Under the pieces are notes generated by a model. It did not search any database. It worked only from the letters and a program-made list of their open reading frames with translations, and was not told the origin of the DNA. Source: a virus. From it: a stretch of DNA of 64,000 nucleotides. The stretch is taken from IMG/VR virus record IMGVR_UViG_3300020390_000002, positions 27,336 through 91,335 of that record. One strand, written 5' to 3'. Position numbers and translations under genes: made by a program. Below are positions 59,844 to 64,000 of this stretch, one piece after another; within the stretch, counting starts at the first letter, position 1, and every line of letters begins with the position of its first letter.

Positions 59844-62800
59844 CGTTTGAATACCTTGATGCCGACAAGACGATCCTCGACCCAGCGATGAGAGCTGCCC
59901 TCCATGTAGACCTGCAGCTTGACCTGGGTGACGCCGCCGGAAAGCGGGAAGAAAACGACCTTCTCATTGTCGAAAGCCAGCCCCGACACGCCGGGGAAAC
60001 CGGGCGTGTAGCTGTAGTCGGGACCCTTCGGGTCGCCCGAACCGGACTCCTGGGTGGCGGACACGGTGCGCGTATAAAGCAGGCCGTTCTGGGGCACGAC
60101 GTTGTCGAACAGGACGCGGACCTGGAGCTTGCCGGTGCCGTTGCTGCCGCCGCTGGCGCTCGCATACATGCGCCAGGACATTTCCAGGAAGCCACCGACA
60201 AACCCGGACGCCACGTTCACATTCAGGGTCGCAACGGTCGTCCAGGTCGCCTGCGCCGGATTGATGGTGGAGTCGGAGTAATACGTGACCAGGTCAGAGA
60301 CCGTGCGCCGGCGCACGTTCAGCTCGCCGATCACGTCCAGCGCATTCAGCGTGACGTTGCCGCTGGTATCCACACAGAACAGCGCGTTGTTGGTCGTCTT
60401 GCTGCCGGTGCCATACCAGAAGATGAAGCTGTCCTCGCCACCGAACTCGCCGCGATAGCCGGTGGTGCTCGTCTTGGTCTTGAACAGGCCCGAGGTGACC
60501 GTGCCCAGGTTCGCCGAGATCGCCGACAGCTGATCGGCCACGATCTTGTTCGCGTTGATCGAGTCGATCTTGTCGTTGCCGACAGACGAATTGAGCAGGT
60601 TCACGCCGTTGAAATACGGCACGTTGCCCGAGATCACGAACGGATAGATCGTGTTCGACCCGGCCGCATTGTTCGTGAAGGCGATCTTGTCGGCCCGGAA
60701 CACCAGGTTGGAGGTCGTCACTCCGGCCGCGCCGGCCGGGCCGACCGACAGCCCGATGCCGGCAATCACGCCGTTGGCTTCAACCTTGATCGTCGACTGC
60801 GCGGACAGCTGCCCCAGCTCGTTGCGCTGGGCGGTAAACTTCTCCTCGATGGTCGCGGTGCTGGCGCCATCGGAGACCGTGACCTGGCGGACAGCCGTCG
60901 CGAGCGCGCCGGTCGGGCTGAGTATCACGTCATTGTTGTCCGAGATCATCCCCGAGACGGTCGAGGCGTTGACCTTGTCGCTAAGGCTCGTCTGGATGGC
61001 GCTGTATTGGCTGGCTCGAGCAGATGCCTCGTCCGAAACCACGTCGTCGACGTAGGTGATCGCGGCCTTGGATGCCAACTTGCCGTCGTAGTCGGCCTCG
61101 ATCGCCTGCTGAAGTGTCGCTCGCGCCGATGCGGCATTGGAGACCGCCTCACTCAGAGCCGACGTGGTCGCCTTGGTGTTTAGCTCAGCATCGACCCCCG
61201 AGAACTGGGTCTGAATGGCGTCGTATTGAGTGGCGCGCGCCGCGCTTTCATCGGAAACCGCCTCATCCACATAGGTGATGGCGGCCTTGGACGAAAGTTT
61301 ATTGTCGTAGTCCGCTTCGATTGTCGTCTGCAGTTGCCCGCGCGCGGACTCGTTATCCGTCTGGGCATCCTGAAGCTGCGTTATGGTCGCGCGGTTGTTG
61401 ATCTGCGTCTGTTGATCTGCGTCGGCGGCTTCAAACGCCGCGGTCAGTGCTGTTGCAAGCTGCGCTCGTGCCGACACGGCATCGCTTTCGACAGTATCTA
61501 CGCGATCGTTGGTCGCGCGGGCGTTGATCTGCTGCTGCTGGGCATCCAGCTTGCTGTTGTAGTCAGCCGCCAGCGTAGACGACAGCAATCCTCGGGCGGC
61601 CTCATTATCGGACTGAGCATCGGCTAGTTGCCCAACCGTGACACGATTGCCCAGCGCGTCATCCACGTCACCAAATTGAGCCTGGATGTCGTCGTATTGA
61701 GTGCTGCGCGCCTGCGTTTCCGTCGCCACCGCGGTGGCGACTTCATCGCTCGACGCTTTCGACGACAAGCCGTTATCCGGATCATTGATGACTGCCGACA
61801 AGGCGGAAAGCGATTGCGTTTGTGCTACAAGTTCGCCCTCGATGACGCCAACATCTGTCGAGACGCGCTCCGTCGCCTTTGCGTTGACGATCGACTGGGT
61901 GGCCTGGCTCGGCGACGCGCCGGGGGCGGCGATCAGGTCGATCGAGCGCATGCCCAGCAGCTCGCTCTCCAGAAAATCGGTTCGTGCCGCGGATGCCGCG
62001 GATGCCCGGGCGAACGCCTCGTCCAGCTGATCGCTCGACGCCTTACTTGCCAGCTCGCCGTCGACGTTTTCGAACTGGGTCTGGATCGCATCGTATTGCG
62101 AGCCGCGCGCAGCCGTCTCCGTTGCTACGGACTCATCGACGTAAGTGATGGCCGCCTTGGCCTCGAGCTTGCCGTCGTAGTCTGCCTCGATGGCCTGACG
62201 CAGTGCCGCCCGAGCCGACTCGTTGTCGGACTGGGCAGTCTGCAGCGCTTCGACCGTAGCGCGGGTGTTGATGTCTTCTTGTAGGTTGGAGTCTGCGGCT
62301 TGGAATGCGACCGTCAGGTCCGTGCCAAGCTGCCCCCGTGCCGACTCAGCGTCGCTTTCAACTTGATCTACCCGGTCGATTGCGGCCTTGGCATCGATCT
62401 GCTGCTGCTGGTCACCGAACTTGCTGTCGTAATCGGCACGCAAGGTCTGGTCGAGCGATGCCCTGGCCTGGGCGTTGTCGGTCTGCGCCTGGCCGAGTTG
62501 GCTGACGGATGCCTTCGACGCCAGCGCAGTGTCGACATCGTCGAACTGGGCCTGGATCTCGCCGTATTGGGTCGCACGGGCTTCTGATTCCGTGCTGACA
62601 GCTTCGCTAAGATCGTCCTGCGACGCCTTGGTGCTGAGGCCCGTATCGGGATCGTTGACAGCCGACTCGAGCGTTGTCGCCCGCTCGGCAACCGACTCGA
62701 TGTCACCTTCGTTCTCGGTAACTCGAACATTCAGCTGCTCACGCGCGATCGCGCTGGCCAGCCCTTCGGCGCCGACTTCCGAAATGCCTTTCGGATAGCG

Positions 62801-62863
62801 AACCACGACGTCATCGAACAGGACGCTGTTATCGGTGGATTGATCGAGATCGTATGCAGCCAT
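59840..62863 (-). CDS. Tail fibre / host-specificity protein (DUF1983-like C-terminal region)
   Basis: Long repetitive coiled coil. IKVEANGVIAGIGL...FRADKIAF...PFVI and INANKIVADQLSAISANLG. Confidence 0.85.
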   Translation of the reverse strand: MAAYDLDQSTDNSVLFDDVVVRYPKGISEVGAEGLASAIAREQLNVRVTENEGDIESVAERATTLESAVNDPDTGLSTKASQDDLSEAVSTESEARATQYGEIQAQFDDVDTALASKASVSQLGQAQTDNAQARASLDQTLRADYDSKFGDQQQQIDAKAAIDRVDQVESDAESARGQLGTDLTVAFQAADSNLQEDINTRATVEALQTAQSDNESARAALRQAIEADYDGKLEAKAAITYVDESVATETAARGSQYDAIQTQFENVDGELASKASSDQLDEAFARASAASAARTDFLESELLGMRSIDLIAAPGASPSQATQSIVNAKATERVSTDVGVIEGELVAQTQSLSALSAVINDPDNGLSSKASSDEVATAVATETQARSTQYDDIQAQFGDVDDALGNRVTVGQLADAQSDNEAARGLLSSTLAADYNSKLDAQQQQINARATNDRVDTVESDAVSARAQLATALTAAFEAADADQQTQINNRATITQLQDAQTDNESARGQLQTTIEADYDNKLSSKAAITYVDEAVSDESAARATQYDAIQTQFSGVDAELNTKATTSALSEAVSNAASARATLQQAIEADYDGKLASKAAITYVDDVVSDEASARASQYSAIQTSLSDKVNASTVSGMISDNNDVILSPTGALATAVRQVTVSDGASTATIEEKFTAQRNELGQLSAQSTIKVEANGVIAGIGLSVGPAGAAGVTTSNLVFRADKIAFTNNAAGSNTIYPFVISGNVPYFNGVNLLNSSVGNDKIDSINANKIVADQLSAISANLGTVTSGLFKTKTSTTGYRGEFGGEDSFIFWYGTGSKTTNNALFCVDTSGNVTLNALDVIGELNVRRRTVSDLVTYYSDSTINPAQATWTTVATLNVNVASGFVGGFLEMSWRMYASASGGSNGTGKLQVRVLFDNVVPQNGLLYTRTVSATQESGSGDPKGPDYSYTPGFPGVSGLAFDNEKVVFFPLSGGVTQVKLQVYMEGSSHRWVEDRLVGIKVFKR

Positions 62864-62865
62864 AA

Positions 62866-64000
62866 CTAGGCACTCACATACCGATCAATGATCTCGGCGT
62901 CGATCGCGTCGCGGTCGGCTTGATTCGCGCCCGCCGTGATCGTCACACGGCCTATGCGGCTTGCAGCGCCACCGATTCGAAACGGATCGCCCTCTGCAAA
63001 CGATGCAGCATTCGTCAGCGGCGGCGCATTGGTGGCCGCACCCGATCGGAATTCAAACGCTCCATTCACGCCCACGGCAACCGCCGCACTTGCTATAGCC
63101 GTGCCGCTGTGAAGCAACGCGCCGGCGCGATACTGGAAATAATCGTTTTCGCCGTTGCACTCGATCCACGCACGCTCGCCGTCCGTTCGGTAGATAAGAC
63201 CCGTAGACTCAGGTGCCGCCTGTAGATGATTTCCATTTGGACCGAGGTCAAGCATGAAACGCACAGGGTCTCCATCGCGCTCGACAGGCTTGATTCCGTG
63301 CCGGTCTTGGAACAGTGACAGACGCTCATTCGGATCGTAGTCTGCAAGGATTTGGCCACTGGCGATTGTCGTGCGGCGGGGTACGGCGGTTAGGCGCTGA
63401 AATTGTTCGTCGGTCAGGGCTTCGGGGTTGAAGGGTAATTGGCGAATCCAGCCAGACCACGTGTTTTGTCTTCCGCCTATCTCCAAATTTGATGCCGGAA
63501 ACTGCCTTGTTTGCTCGAACTCGTGAACCTCTGATCCATTTGATGAGGTTCGGACAGTAACACCGTCCCATGAAACCGCCGAAATATTGCGGGCTAAGGT
63601 CGGATACTCAACATAGCCGCTGCCGATGTAAGTGAAATGCTCCCCGTCAATCTCACCACTAGCCGCCCTTTGCCCTAAAAACTCATAGTTAGACCCCGCA
63701 GGGGATAATATATAGGAATTACTGGTCGGCTTATTACTAAAAGTTTCCCAGCCAATAACAAACGTCCCGCGCTCGAAATTGTTGAACACGCTCGGGTCAG
63801 TGAAGCGGGCGTCGTCGCGGTCGCGGGTTACGGCGCCGCCGTTTGTGTAGATATAAGAGGATGCATTCTTGCCTTTCTCACACTGCACAAACCCAATTTT
63901 GCACGACGATAGACCAGAGTTTGCGCGCAGGTCATTAGCGTTGCCTTCGCCGAAATAGAGCACAACCATTGTCCCTGCTTCTGTAGCCTCGCGTCCGATT
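62866..64000 (-). CDS. Virion spike/fibre protein (partial, open to window end)
   Basis: QCEKGKNASSYIYTNGGAVTR resembles a phage fibre motif, with a LamG-like region. Frame stays open beyond 63969. Confidence 0.7.
   Translation of the reverse strand, partial: IGREATEAGTMVVLYFGEGNANDLRANSGLSSCKIGFVQCEKGKNASSYIYTNGGAVTRDRDDARFTDPSVFNNFERGTFVIGWETFSNKPTSNSYILSPAGSNYEFLGQRAASGEIDGEHFTYIGSGYVEYPTLARNISAVSWDGVTVRTSSNGSEVHEFEQTRQFPASNLEIGGRQNTWSGWIRQLPFNPEALTDEQFQRLTAVPRRTTIASGQILADYDPNERLSLFQDRHGIKPVERDGDPVRFMLDLGPNGNHLQAAPESTGLIYRTDGERAWIECNGENDYFQYRAGALLHSGTAIASAAVAVGVNGAFEFRSGAATNAPPLTNAASFAEGDPFRIGGAASRIGRVTITAGANQADRDAIDAEIIDRYVSA

Larger units (their letters stand above)
1..64000. mobile_element. 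Segment of a large temperate phage genome (non-integrated configuration, intact attP)
   Basis: Phage replication, nucleotide metabolism, lysis and tail genes throughout. Integrase lies next to a tRNA 3' fragment with phage genes on both sides. One regulatory palindrome recurs across the window. No host housekeeping genes seen. Confidence 0.93.

Overview
The whole window is a segment of a large, high-GC temperate dsDNA phage genome. Almost all genes lie on the minus strand, many are translationally coupled, and I see no host housekeeping DNA. From left to right: (1) about 1-19 kb, small hypothetical genes with several paralog pairs, plus a DEDDh exonuclease, an Nmad5-like protein, a P-loop kinase, thymidylate synthase and a MazG-like protein; (2) 19-43 kb, class Ia ribonucleotide reductase, RuvC-like resolvase, SbcCD, RecA, 5'-3' exonuclease, SSB, a split DnaE polymerase and a CobS/CobT (AAA+/vWA) pair; (3) 43-46.5 kb, XRE repressor, an intact attP carrying the 3' half of tRNA-Ala(CGC), a tyrosine integrase and a degenerate Doc/AbrB pair; (4) 46.5-54.5 kb, nucleotide kinase, ATP-dependent ligase, intein-containing primase, DnaB helicase, an Hfq-like protein and PhoH; (5) 54.5-64 kb, phosphoesterase, holin/spanin genes, a fatty-acid desaturase and tail proteins. 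The gene set recalls SSU5/pHCM2-type phage-plasmids (from memory, not searched), but the element looks integrative. Most notable: dnaE is split by a free-standing HNH gene and its halves appear to keep a non-splicing intein-like remnant; thyA carries an in-frame HNH domain with no intein; an 18-bp palindrome (TAAGTCAGCGCTGACTTA) occurs more than 25 times, often in promoter spacers, and overlaps the attP core; five unrelated proteins share a C-terminal L-[RWY]-[GA]-S-W motif; the integrase has a fused Xis/AlpA-like domain; and a desaturase is coupled into the late operon. All family assignments are by eye from motifs. No searches were run.
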